From NCBI GenBank assembly GCA_036172245.1, contig JAYWIR010000028.1, forward strand, positions 372,001-436,000: 64,000 nt of DNA. Reading direction: 5' to 3'. The notes under the pieces are model-generated. The model did not search any database and was not told the DNA's origin. It saw only the letters and a program-made list of their open reading frames with translations. The stretch is from Raillietiella orientalis. Lineage: Eukaryota. Shown one piece after another: positions 11,672 to 22,999 of this stretch. The number at the start of each line of letters is the position of its first letter. Position 1 is the stretch's first letter. Made by a program: the position numbers and the translations under genes.

Positions 11672-14529
11672 TGCTACAAAGATGGAAACAAAGTAACAGA
11701 ATAACCAGTTCGTCGTTTTCACGAACGACTTACATTCTAAAAAAGTTAGCATACGTATGTGCATTTGTATGTTGAAATGCGTTTAGAAAGATTCTGTTTT
11801 ATCTGAGCAAATTGCCAACGGGATGTAGGAGCAGATAAAATTAAGATTGTTCGAATGACGTGCCTCAACGCTCGAGGTGCTATGAAACTCGACACCTTGT
11901 GACCACGTCGACCTGTAATGTATTTCATACGCCAGTTCGTGATTAGTACAAATGTAGTTGATAATCTGTCGAATTCGAAACGTCTAAATTGAGACAACGG
12001 AACGGCATGCGGCCACGGTCCGCTACTTCGATGTCCACCATGTGTTGTGGCAGCACTGCGTAGGCTTCTTGCCCAATCAGCTGCTCCTCTGGATTGCAGT
12101 GTACGTACAAAGTACCACGGTCCTATAAAAACTCGTTGATCATCGACGTGCCAGGAGGTTTCCTTTTCCCGTAAATCTCGACCACCTACACGAATCCGTG
12201 TGAATGACATGGCTTGTGACCTGATTCGTTTGCATGCCTATTCAGGCGGTGCAGTTTACTATCGTGTAGTTATTAGTACCTTGTTTCTTCTAAAGTTTGT
12301 CCACATATGACCAAGAACTCTATTTTGGCTAACTGTACAGTTCCTTGGTACCGTTCGAAACAGTTCGTCAAGACGGGAATCAATGCGGTGCCATTTTAAC
12401 CTTGGTTTCCTTATAAACTCTCTTACATACGCTGACTCTTCAGCATTTATAAAAAATCTGGAAAGTGGATTTAAAATATTCTTTGATTTACACTAAACCC
12501 CAATTGTTCTTTATAATAATCATTTATTATTATTATATAATATATTGTCCAATATAAAAATTAATTAACTCGGGGAAATGTATAATTAACTGGGAAACGC
12601 ATGTTAAATGAAGCAAATGATTTGATTCTCCATACGGTGTGTTATTTGCAAATCGAATCAATAACTGTGTTTGTTCTTACAAGCAATTAATGATCGTTCT
12701 TGACACTGTTGGTCTAAATTATCGGAATCACTTCTGGCATCCATGAGTGGCTTGCTGTTTAAGACTCATTTTTTGTCCCAAGTATATTCTTTGTTTGGTT
12801 GCCCTCGTGGAAGCTCCCTGCCACGCCCACATTTGTGCCGGTTTTTAAATTAGGTATGGTGGAAGCACCTGGGATGCCAATGTAGAAAGACATTCCGAGG
12901 CAACTCCGTGCAGCTGCCCTCAAGATAAAACCGAACATGAAGCTCGTGCAGTTCTTATGAAGATGAGTTTCATTTCAAGCTTGGATGTTGGCTTTTGCTC
13001 TAAGAAACAAAAAAAATTCGATGCTGTTGGTACATCCCTCTGCAGCTTAGGTTGGTAAAATGAGTTGCTGAACTGCCTCCTGCGTGGAAAGCGTTTTGTC
13101 GACTGAATTCGTCGATTGGATTCCGAGTTAACCATGGCTAAGATGTGTGGTTGCATTTGACGACTTTAACATCTTCGTAGCATTAGGCTCGAAGGACGAT
13201 GCCGTCGTTTTTAAGGGTCGTCGATAAAGTCTCATTAGGCGGTTTTCTTGGTTACATCTTATTTTCTCCTAGCTGTACACATGGGCTGCCTCAGATTTAT
13301 AACATGATGTCAGGAGCAGGGACTTCTGAGCGTCAACTGACATTTAGCTGTGCTGCCTCTATCCGTTAGGTGAACAAGATCCTTACTGACGAGGTCGTAA
13401 ACGGACTCGGTTAAGAACCCAACAGGCTACACGTAACGACCGATCTATCTCCTGCTCAAATACCGATTCCTTGAAGGTTGTGCTTCAGAGAGTAGCATTG
13501 ACCCAAACTTCGTTAGAAATCCCTCCGAGCATCGGCACAATCACTGTGGTGGCAACGCTACCCCTTCGAAGCTGCTCACAGCAGATGCAGCAGCGCATAT
13601 AGCAAAGATGGTTGATCAGGACGTGCAGCAGCTGTGCGGGGATAATTCTATCGCTCTAGCAAGGAATGCATGGCAACGCCCTTTAGGGACTTCGCATATT
13701 GCCGGAAAGACGGAAAGCTCAGCGGTTTTCGAGCTGCATCTTCCAGCTCGTTCAGTTTCATCTTAGGGTGTCTCATGGCTGGAGACTTGCCGATAGCGAC
13801 CCCTTCGATGTTCCCAGTGGATCAGAGGGAGCTCTGAATGTTGTGGAGACTGCTTTCAATTCGAAAGGTTGGCTGGTGCTGAGGGATCTTGAGGTCCTTC
13901 GGAATTTTATTGGTTGGACGGGTTATTTTATCAGCCGAGACATTCCACGATCAGAGCATGCACGGTAGTTCTTGCGAAGGAAAAACGCGCAGCAGGCACC
14001 AGGACTTGCCCCCCCTTTTCTTAAAATCTCTCGACGCCGTTAGCTGATTTGTAAATGGGAGAATTACCATGTGGAGGAACATGATTTGACTTTAGCTGTG
14101 GATAGACTGGTATGCAGGAGGCTAGAGTATGTTCTTTGGATGAACCGACTGTAAACCAACAGCTCCCATGAGCCAAATGGTACCGTATGCTTTCTAATGG
14201 CGAAAAAGTAAACCAACCATATCATGCATTACTGATTCGGCTTATTTATCATCGTGCTAATGAATGATCACTTATTCATTTAGTGCATCAAATTCACAGA
14301 TAACATCTGCGTTTTTACCATGGGAAAAGCTCGTTACGTTAAGGAGAATATTCAAAAGCCAAAAAGACAGCTCTCCCAAAATAGTTGCATTCATTCACGT
14401 CCCAAAACATAAACATGGCGTAAGAACATACACTGCCGTCAGAGACAATACCTTGATCAGCTGCGTTTTTTGTTTTAACTTTTTTTTTTGTTCCCCTCTT
14501 GTTCCACGATGATGACGGGACGGGGTTTA

Positions 14530-14905
14530 CTCAGGGGACAGGCAAGCTTGGTGTGCCCCTCGTAGCTCACCTGTGGCACGATGTCCGGGCATCTGTTTGG
14601 GATGCCTCGACTGGCCGCAGTAACGCACACCTTTGATTTTCTGCATTCCCCAGGTCTATGGATTCTTCGCAAACCCATAGGTCTGCAGAGAAGCCACTTC
14701 CGTTCGCAGACGGTCACACGAGCCGGGGTCAGCTCCTGAAAACTCTCTCAAACTCGGTGAACAGGTGAATTCGTCCACAGCTCGTCGACCGTCTCGAACT
14801 CTTCCATAACGCCGAAGAGAACATCCTTGGTTATCTTCACCGATTCCCATGATGTAAACGACCAAGGAGCGATCCTCCGCCACCGGGAAGAGCTCTATGC
14901 CCTTC
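14530..14905 (-). mobile_element. Degenerate Tx1-type ORF1 fragment (RRM-like region + tandem zinc knuckles)
   Basis: Minus strand: SLVVYIMGI, ITKDVLFGVMEEFETVDELW, then YCGQSRHP..CPDIV..YEGHTKLACP (two decayed CCHC knuckles). Confidence 0.7.
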
Positions 14906-16080
14906 TATCGTTACCGGAGTTTGCAGTACTGCATTTTTGTAGGTGAGCTTTACCATCCGTCTGTCGCTCTCCCGAAATCTCCTTCCTCCCCGCGAACTGG
15001 ACCACCTGGCTGTAAGAACCAGTGTTCTCATGAGGAAAAATCAACGACACGGGCGAGGCAGAGTACATCTGTCTACGGGACAGCAGCAGATGCGCTTGCA
15101 GCCGCTGAAGGAGATCCTGAGGATCATCCCTAAGAGGAACACCAGGAATCTGCTGTGGGCCTCCCTCCCCCCCCCCCGTTCCAGTGCTGCCCTCTCTAAG
15201 GGGAGAAATGGACAGCCGACTGCCAGCGAGGTGGGAAGTGACCCGCGTGATAGGGAGCAGGAGAAAAGCATCTGGGTGCGTGAACAACTCGGGAGCTGGC
15301 GGATGCCGCGACTCTGAGTGTCCCACCAGAACTACTGCTTCACTGCAAATTTCTCCGGGGGAGGTACAGTGGCCTCCAGCGTGTTGGAACAGTGCTACCC
15401 TCCTAAAGTGGCAAGGGTCGGCGACCCTGCTGTTGCACTGGGGCCTCCCGTGCCACGTCCGCCGACACCATCGGACCCAGGGGAGTGTGAACCCGAACTG
15501 CGCAGGTGCGGAGAGAGAGAATCCCTCACGCACCTGCTCATGGATTGTGTCGTCCAACATTCCATGCATGAACGCCATGCAGCGTCCCTACGGATCCCAG
15601 AGGGCAACCCCAGAAACGTTTTAAAGCGCCTCTTCCTGCGCGGCATTCTCAAGCCGGCCGCACCCCTAGCAACACTTTGCTGCCTACATGGAGGGACCGT
15701 GGCTGCATGGAGCAATTCCAGAGACCGAAACGACGAAGACGCATCTATTTTTCTGTCCTCTTCATGAGGACAGCGTCAAGACGACCCCATCTGGGAGCCT
15801 CGAAACGGGAACTTGCCAGCATCCTTGTAAGGATGCAGAGGACACCCTCCAGCACACAGTGATTCCCCCCCCCCCTTCAATTTTTTGTATTTTTTTTGTT
15901 TTATTTTTCTTTTTGTTTGTCTCCCCTGTGCTGCTATGGCGGACCTCGCCGGCCTGCGCACCGGTTCTCGGCAGGTTCTTTTTGTACATTTTGTACCGTG
16001 GCAGGATCACGCATCTTGCCACTGACGTCTAAGTTTTAATTTTAATAAATAAATGCACCGTCGTGTCCGGGTGTAAACAC
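14905..16080 (+). mobile_element. 5'-truncated family-B LINE 3' end (zf-RVT region, 3'UTR, terminal motif)
   Basis: WPPACWNS..LLLHWGLP..RCGERESLTHLLMDCV, homologous to 7604-8104 (-). C-tract/T-rich UTR. End aataaatgcaccgtcgtgtccgggtgtaaac. Confidence 0.9.
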
Positions 16081-17267
16081 GTCTCCGCTCAAGATCGGGA
16101 GTCAGTCAAGCTCTTCTTTCTCTTCGAGGACAGTCTGTTTTCTTGCCTGGTTACGACGTGACGTTGATTAAGAATTAAAAAACGTACAGGTGACCAGGAC
16201 TGAGTTCGCAGAAAACAAGCACAGTGATAACATCAACAACAGCAAAAAAAAAAAAAAAAAATGGAAGAAAACGATCAGCGGCACGCAAACTGGCATTTAC
16301 AGAAGTCCGAAGTGCAAAGGAGGTGACAATAAGTAGTTAAAAAAAGGGAAGCGCAGAGACAGGGGACTTCGGATTCAGGCACTCTTCCCTGAGATCGCTC
16401 TGTATGAAGACCTCTGGTGACTTCTTAGAGCTGACACCCCCCTGCAACAAAGCATGCACCATGTGTATGGCCTCCCAGCAAGCGAAGGGCATATCGCCGA
16501 CTGTGATGATAGCGGAGATACAACAGATCGTCTTAATCGCGGTGCCTGCGAAAAGTACCGCTTCGGCAAGACCAGTGCTGTGAACTCCGGTTCCAGGAGT
16601 GCCGAAGGCAAGGAACTCCTCAAGAGTTCTTCTAAAGCAGCGCAGTCTGCTCAGGCTCAGTTGGTATGACCTGTTGCGTCTCAGGTCGCGTTTCGGGTCC
16701 TTTAGCACGTGTTTGTCTGGTGTTGGCTCAGACGCGATCGAACCTGCGAATTCGAGGAGTCATTCTCCTCCTTTGTTCTTTTGGTTCGACGGAGCGCACG
16801 TAAGCCGGGTGCACTGGCTGTGCTGGCTACAGGCTCGGCACAACCTGGATTATCTGGTCTTGCCTGTGAGGTGGAGATGGGTGGTCGGAAAATTCCATTC
16901 CAGTCTGAGAGGGGGACGCCACGGTTAGCACGGAATCATGGGACTGCCTGAATCATGCTGGCCGCTTTGGCTAGGCAGGGTTAGCGGTACGCTCGGTGCC
17001 GGGCTGTCGTGTACCAACCACCCAATATCAGCCTGGGGTAATGGGGATAGTCGTCCCATAGGCTCAGCACTAAGGCGCGGATCACCCAGATATGTCGCCG
17101 GAATGGCCGGAAGCACTAGGAGGCAGGAGCTTGAGTCCGCCGGTGTGGCATGCAAGAGTGAACTCGACAGCAGGGCAAAGTCGTCTTCCAGGAGGGAACG
17201 TATAGCCGGGTGGTGGGCTGCCGACACGGTGTCTCCGGCGATGGGGGTCTTCTACGCGTCCGGTCCA

Positions 17268-17313
17268 TTTTTTTTCATAAAATAAACCGCCCCGGTGTGA
17301 CCGGGTGAAAAAC
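17268..17313 (+). mobile_element. Isolated ~45-bp family-B LINE terminus
   Basis: aataaaccgc-cccgg-tgtga-ccggg-tgaaaaac matches the ends of the other copies. No recognisable LINE sequence upstream. Confidence 0.7.
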
Positions 17314-19169
17314 TTCCACGCTGCATCCTTGGGGTTCACATCCAATGCATTTTGCCTTGTCGGGATCCATCCGCTCTCTCTACATCTGCACGGTCCTCCT
17401 CGTTTGGTTCCCTGCTTTTCGTCCCTTGTTTCAGCTGCCTCGCAGGCGCCTCTTGAAAACCCGTTTTCGCTGCTGATTGCCCATCACCGGACAGAGATAT
17501 TCTTCCGGATAGCGTCACGTTTCTGCCCTTCATGAACGAAGTCGCTGTGGACATCGAAACGCAAGAAGCGTAAACATGCCAACCGTCTTCGCCGCAGAGT
17601 GCATCCCGGAAGAAGGAATGCTTTTCATCTCCCGTTTGGTTTCCGGTTGCCGATCCGGTGTTCCCGAATTGTCTCCACGTTTGCAAACGTCCGATCCTGC
17701 AAACGGTCTTATCCAGTGCAAGCAGCAGGAAGCACTAGGGCCGAAAAGGCCTTTTCTTTTGCAAGCACCTTCTGCGGGTTTCTCGGCGGCGGTAACCAAG
17801 GCGACGAGTGCGTGGCTGCGAGAGCAAACGTGTTGGCACGTGCAAGCTCCAGAAGCGTGCAGGAACGTTTCACCTCAGTCAGTCCAGGGAGATTTTAGTA
17901 CGTCATTTATATACATTGCGGTACATTCGTTCCCGTCTTTTGGAAAAATGGGATATCGTACGTTTTCCGGTCCAATGGCTGGCGATCACTGGGTTGTTTA
18001 TTCTGATAGCACATGGAGTATCGCATGAATGCGAAGGGAAAGGGTCATCACATTCTTTTGGAGGGTTACACATCGTAGAGTCACAGTGATGTTAGCATAG
18101 AGACGGTTTCCGCTACGGATGGGAGATTTCCAGATCGGGGGGAGGGGAGGGTAAAAGTGTTCACAGGGGCGTCTGAGAGACCCGTTGCAGCGCAGGGTGT
18201 ATTTGTTTCGCCCTCTGAAAATGGATGTTCTGGAGCGGCGACGGCAGTGTGCCTTTGGAAAAATTGCTTCCGGGAGGGATCATATTCTTGGATGTGACCA
18301 TCTGCACCGTTCGGCACAGATATGTGCGAGCTGTAGATGTCATGGGAGGACTTCACCATCTCCCCCAGACGCGTTACCAAAGAAACTGCTCAAGCCAGCG
18401 GAAGGATTTACAGGGATTTCTCTTCCTGTTGGAGGCGTGGGGGTGAATTCCTCCTCCTTGTGATTCCTAAGGCAGAGGCTACCTCCGAAGAGCGATGCTC
18501 CTCCGAACCACCCGCTCTTCTTCCGCTCTTCGGTGCGCGCTGCAAACGAACGGCAACCCACGTTTGGTACTTCCGTACAACCTCGCGCGTAATGAGCACC
18601 CGGGATTTTGCCCGAAAGTTTCTAAAAAAATGAACATTCGTGTATAATCTATTAATTCGATTTTATTTTACATCTCATAAAATACGAATTTCGACTTTGA
18701 ATAAACAGTGCTAACGAAAGCTTCTTAAACATCATTAGAAAATACGGAAAGGTCATGTCGCTCCGTAAATCGAACTGCCCACCCATATGGAGCTTCTTCG
18801 ATGCTTAAGAGACCTTTTTGGCTTCCAGAGCTTTGAGCCTGATTTCAATGCAAGAAACGCCAAGGCCCTTTTGCCTTTCATCTGCCCACCCATTCCAATA
18901 AGTTTTCCCCAACTCTGGAAAACTTGGCTGTGATCCGCGATTGGCTTTCTTTTCATTAGGCAACATTTGCAGTGGCAGAAACGGACGTTTGGATCCGCCG
19001 ATGGAAAAAATGACGGCTTGCTGCCCGATCGCCGTGGGATTCTGCATATCTCACTGCTCCACTATGACCCTTTCTCGAATTCATTTTCGTACTGGGGTCT
19101 CCATTCGTCTAGGACTGACGTCCGTTTGCTCAGGAAAAAGCGAAGGTGGTCGAAACGGTAAAAAAAAAA

Positions 19170-19540
19170 AAAAAATCCGCATCTTCCGAATGTGCAGCTG
19201 CCGCGTTCGATCTCGATGGATTCGCCGTCGCGTGAAGCTTCACCACGATCGTACTCTCCCTTTGGAGCTCTCTCCCGAGAGCCCCTTCGGCTTCCGCTTT
19301 TTGGCGAAATTGTTTCCACTTTCCGATTGGCGCACGCTCCTTTCTCGAGCAGGACAGTGCATGTTCTGGATAGCTTTCCTCTCCTGTTTCCTCTCGCTTT
19401 TCTTGAAGGATTCCTTCCTGTGATACTTCGGACTCCTTGTTGTCTTCGCTCTGCGATCCTACAGTCACGAAACCGCGTAATACGGTTCCGGTCATGCCAC
19501 TGTGCGACGCCTGCTTCAACTAGCATCTCGAAATCACATA
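19170..19540 (-). pseudogene. Fragment of putative tyrosine-recombinase-like gene (linker + box-I region)
   Basis: KYHRK..RKQERKAI..HC and GEASRDGESIEIERGSCTFG, colinear with 21960-22230 (+) with many synonymous third-position differences. Confidence 0.55.
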
Positions 19541-19790
19541 CGCACAACGCGGATGCTACTCGGATGCATCATGTGTGTGAAACAGTTGCCTATGAGCATC
19601 GCAATGCGTGGTCAAAGCTGACCAAACGTTGCTTCGAATGGTGGAACAAAAATTTCGCTATCTCGGTTCCAGAGGGGACGCTACCACGTGCTGCTACGGC
19701 GGATTGCTCCTCAGCAACTCTTTCTAGCACGCTGTTTCACATGCGGGTACCAAACACTCAGATCATGACACTTGTGCTTTGGTTAAGCTG
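19540..19790 (+). pseudogene. Fragment of putative tyrosine-recombinase-like gene (box-II region)
   Basis: RMLLGCIMCVKQLP...TADCSSATLSSTLFHMRVPNTQIMTLVLW, homologous to 22430-22690 (+) and 23065-23340 (-). Confidence 0.55.
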
Positions 19791-20470
19791 CGTCGGAGAC
19801 CGTGTGGTTACGGTGGTCTCCGCGCGTGGCACCATGCGTCGTGGGTTCCGAGTTCACCCCACAAGAGGACGCTGGTTGGCCTACATTCATCCGGGTGCGG
19901 CACTGCTAGCGGTTCAAACCGGATGCCCCGATGAGGGCCGGGACAAATGGGAGTCGACCTCCTGGTCCTTCCAGCAATCACGGAGTTGGAGCTCCCCTCC
20001 GGTTGTGAAGGAGCGGACCCCCATTCCGGGTGGATCTCTCCGCGTCGTACTGATCGAGTAAGTGTGTCGCCACCACCTGTCCAGGGAGTGCAGAGACGAG
20101 AGTCGATCCCTCCGGGGATTCTGCGTCCTTCTGGATTTCGGAAGCGTCCCTTCTGGATTCTCTTCAGAAGAGTAAAAGCAGGAGAAGATCCCTTGCGGGG
20201 AAGATCCTCTCCGGAGAAGAAATTCCAGGATCGGACCCTTTCCGGGTTCCCTTCAGAGAAGAAAGAATGGAGCGGACCCCCTCGGGGGTGCTTCGGAGAG
20301 AATGAGGAAGGAAGATTCCCTTCAGGATTCTCCTTCGGAGACAACCAAGGTGGAGGTGATCTCCATTCCCGAAGATCCCTCCCCAGGCGTGAGAGGAACG
20401 GACTCCGAGTCCTTCCTGGATTCATAGGACGGGCCCCTCCCGGGGTACCCCCTATCTTGAAAAATTACCC
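19790..20470 (+). repeat. Repeat family X copy
   Basis: Colinear with 1-600 and 49300-49500 (ggaacggactc..ttcctggattcataggacgg) and with the reverse complements of 49720-50300 and 41890-42345. Confidence 0.8.
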
Positions 20471-20562
20471 TCCTTCGGGTGACATGGAACCGTGTCGAAG
20501 AACTGCGAAGACAGAAAGAAGGATTTCCATCATCCTAGACCGACAGTAACGATACTACAAGG

Positions 20563-21222
20563 CGGTGCTTCCTAAAGTGGGCGATACCGCCCCCTGGTGG
20601 GGGCAGGAACGATTCAGGTGGGCGACAGTAACCGCAAGTGCAATTGGAAAGGGGCGGTGAGAAAATAAAGAAAGAGGAGAAGATAAGAAAGTTTTAAAAA
20701 ACTGCTCGTACAAAATGTCGATTCTCTATTTGCCACAGTGCAAAAAGTTTTCGTTTGCGTTTCTTTTATCATATTCAGTGGAACATGGGCTCGGTGCGGT
20801 CACAAATCTGCTAAGAAGAGGCTGCGGATAACTAATCGCGGCGGTTTAAGGATGGATCTGACAAAGGTGGGGCCGGAATATGAACAAACTGATAGCAGGG
20901 CGCCAGGTTCATCCTTCTCATTAGAATTATTTTTCATGTCACTCGTGATTTTCGTAATATCCTTCGCGATCGTAATCTTCTTCGTCTCAAGCGCATATCG
21001 ATTTCCATAAGCACCTCAAGCTTCGACAAGTTCGATTTGCGACAGCATCTTTTCTTACCATGTCGTGGGACGTAGATAGGAAAATAGATTCACAAAATAG
21101 CGCTAATTTGTCACTGCATCTTTCTGTTTGTTCACTTAGAGAAGGCAATTTTTCAGGGGGGCGCTGAGCAACTTTTTACCTGAAAAAAGGGGCGGCAGGC
21201 CAGATAAGTTCGGGAACCTATG
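20563..21222 (+). mobile_element. Non-autonomous hAT DNA transposon, Buster/Charlie type, retaining the transposase C-terminus
   Basis: Imperfect TIRs cggtgcttcctaaa...ttcgggaacctatg. 8-bp TSD ctacaagg (20555-20562) / ctataagg (21223-21230) with central TA. Remnant FAFLLSYSVEHGLGAVTNLL..RLRITNRGGLRMDLTKVGP..NKLIAGRQVHPSH* resembles the C-terminus of SCAND3/Buster-like transposases. Confidence 0.85.
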
Positions 21223-21229
21223 CTATAAG

Positions 21230-22690
21230 GGAAACACCCTCAGGATGTGCTTGTGGAAAAACGAGTCTTGCTGCCCTTGATGCAATTTTTCACCCGCGCG
21301 AGAGATCAGCTGTCCCAGATACGAACGATTGCAGAAGAGTGAACATCCGTCGAATGCTCTCCTACCTTCGTGCACGCTGGAAGTGCAAATCCTCAGAAGT
21401 TGGCCAAGGAAAAGAGGAAAAAGGATCCTCCGCCCGAGATGCGGCCTCAGTGGATGACGGGAAGCGCACTGCGCGTGGTACAGTCGCGATGGGCAACAAG
21501 ATCGTTCATGGTGGACGGAGACGATCGAGAAGACTTTTCCATGTGCGCAATGCGGCAGCATAGGAAACGAATCTCGGAAAGGATTCTGCAATCTGCGGTT
21601 GCGAGGCGACCGCAACAAAGGACGCAAGAAAAGAGTGAAGCCGACGGAAGAAACCCCGAGGTCCGACCAAGTACGGACGGCGTTGCAAACCAAAGCGTAA
21701 CCAAATGAAACTGACGGAGGTGCCGCGCGCAAATCACCAAAGAACAGGAGGCGATGGCCTTGATGCAGGGTGATCAGGCTACTTTGCATCCGTTGCCAAC
21801 TGATGAGACGGAACATGACGCTTAGAAGTGCAGACACCATCGTGGCACGCGGAAAGTGCCTCGTGGGATGTAAGTGCTGTTTGAAGCAAGCAGGGCACAA
21901 TCGCATGATGGCCGAAAACCTCATTTCGCTCTTTCCTGATCCCGAGATCGCTGAACAAAGACAAAAAGGGATCGGAAGTACCGAAGGAAAGCTACCATCA
22001 AGGATAGTATAAGGAAACAGGGGAGGAAGGCCATCGAAAAGAAGCATTGTCTTCCGCGAGGAAGGAGCGTGCGCGAATCCGAGCTTGGGAGCAATTTTTT
22101 TGCCAAAGAACGAAGGTCAAAGCAGCTCTTCGCAGGAACCCCTAAGAGAATCGCACGATTGCGGTGAAGCCTAACGCAAGGGCGAACTAATGGGCATCGA
22201 ACGCGGAAGTTGCACAGTCGGAAAGACGGACTGAAGGCTTCGAGAACGCGACGTCCGGCTCGAGTTCAAGCATCCAGGCGCCCCTGCTCTCAGCTCCAAG
22301 AATGCATCCCTGCGAAGAAACGTCAACGATGCCGGAAGTTCCGATATCGAACAGTCGAGACGAATCCCGGAAAGCTGAAGTAGCAAGCTTGCGTTGCTTC
22401 CAGCTGCAAGAAGGCAGAGTGCAACGGAAGCAAAGCGAATGATTCTCGGATGCATCATGTGTGTGAAACAGTTGCCTATGAGCATCGCAATGCGTGGTCA
22501 AAGCTGACCAAACGTTGCTTCGAATGGTGGAACCGGATTTCGGCATCTCGGCTGGCCGCAGGCGCGCCGTTTCCCCCCCTCCCCGCTGTCACGGCAGCAG
22601 TCTGCTCCGCAGCCAATCTCTCGAGCACGCTGCTTCCCATGCACGTACCAAAAGCTGCAGCTCCTCGCAGCTGTCCATTGGCTGTTTGTT
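21230..22690 (+). pseudogene. Longest degenerate copy of the putative tyrosine-recombinase-like gene
   Basis: Motifs in order: RKQGRKAI..HC, GEA*RKGELMGIERGSCTVG (box-I-like RxxE), SSKNASL, LALLPAARR, RMILGCIMC, TA...NLSSTLLPMHVP. Several stops and frameshifts. Confidence 0.5.
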
Positions 22691-22999
22691 TGTTATAGGA
22701 AAATCAGCTCCAGAACGTGCTCGCAGACAACGAGCTCGTTTCCCATCCTTATCGCACCAACCTCAGGTGTGCTTCCCGACTTTTGTTCAGGTCGCACCTC
22801 CCTCGAAGGAAACCCTTTTTTTTTTTCGTCTTGAATGAATCGTGCCAATTCGGAGTTAGTTTCACCTGGCACGCCGATATCGGCAGACTCTCGAGTTTTC
22901 TTTCCTGCAATTCTCCGTTTCTTGGACAGCCAATCCGTTGCGCAAAAGCAGCTCATCTGTTGGCAGCTCATGTTGCGTCTGCAAGGTTCAGACAATGCT

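Noticed and set aside
18225..18360. IIFLDVTI resembling a Penelope RT motif
   Set aside because: Isolated match with no other RT or GIY-YIG motifs nearby.
19192..20061. 289-aa ORF
   Set aside because: Chimeric read-through of an antisense YR-like piece, a sense piece and family X.
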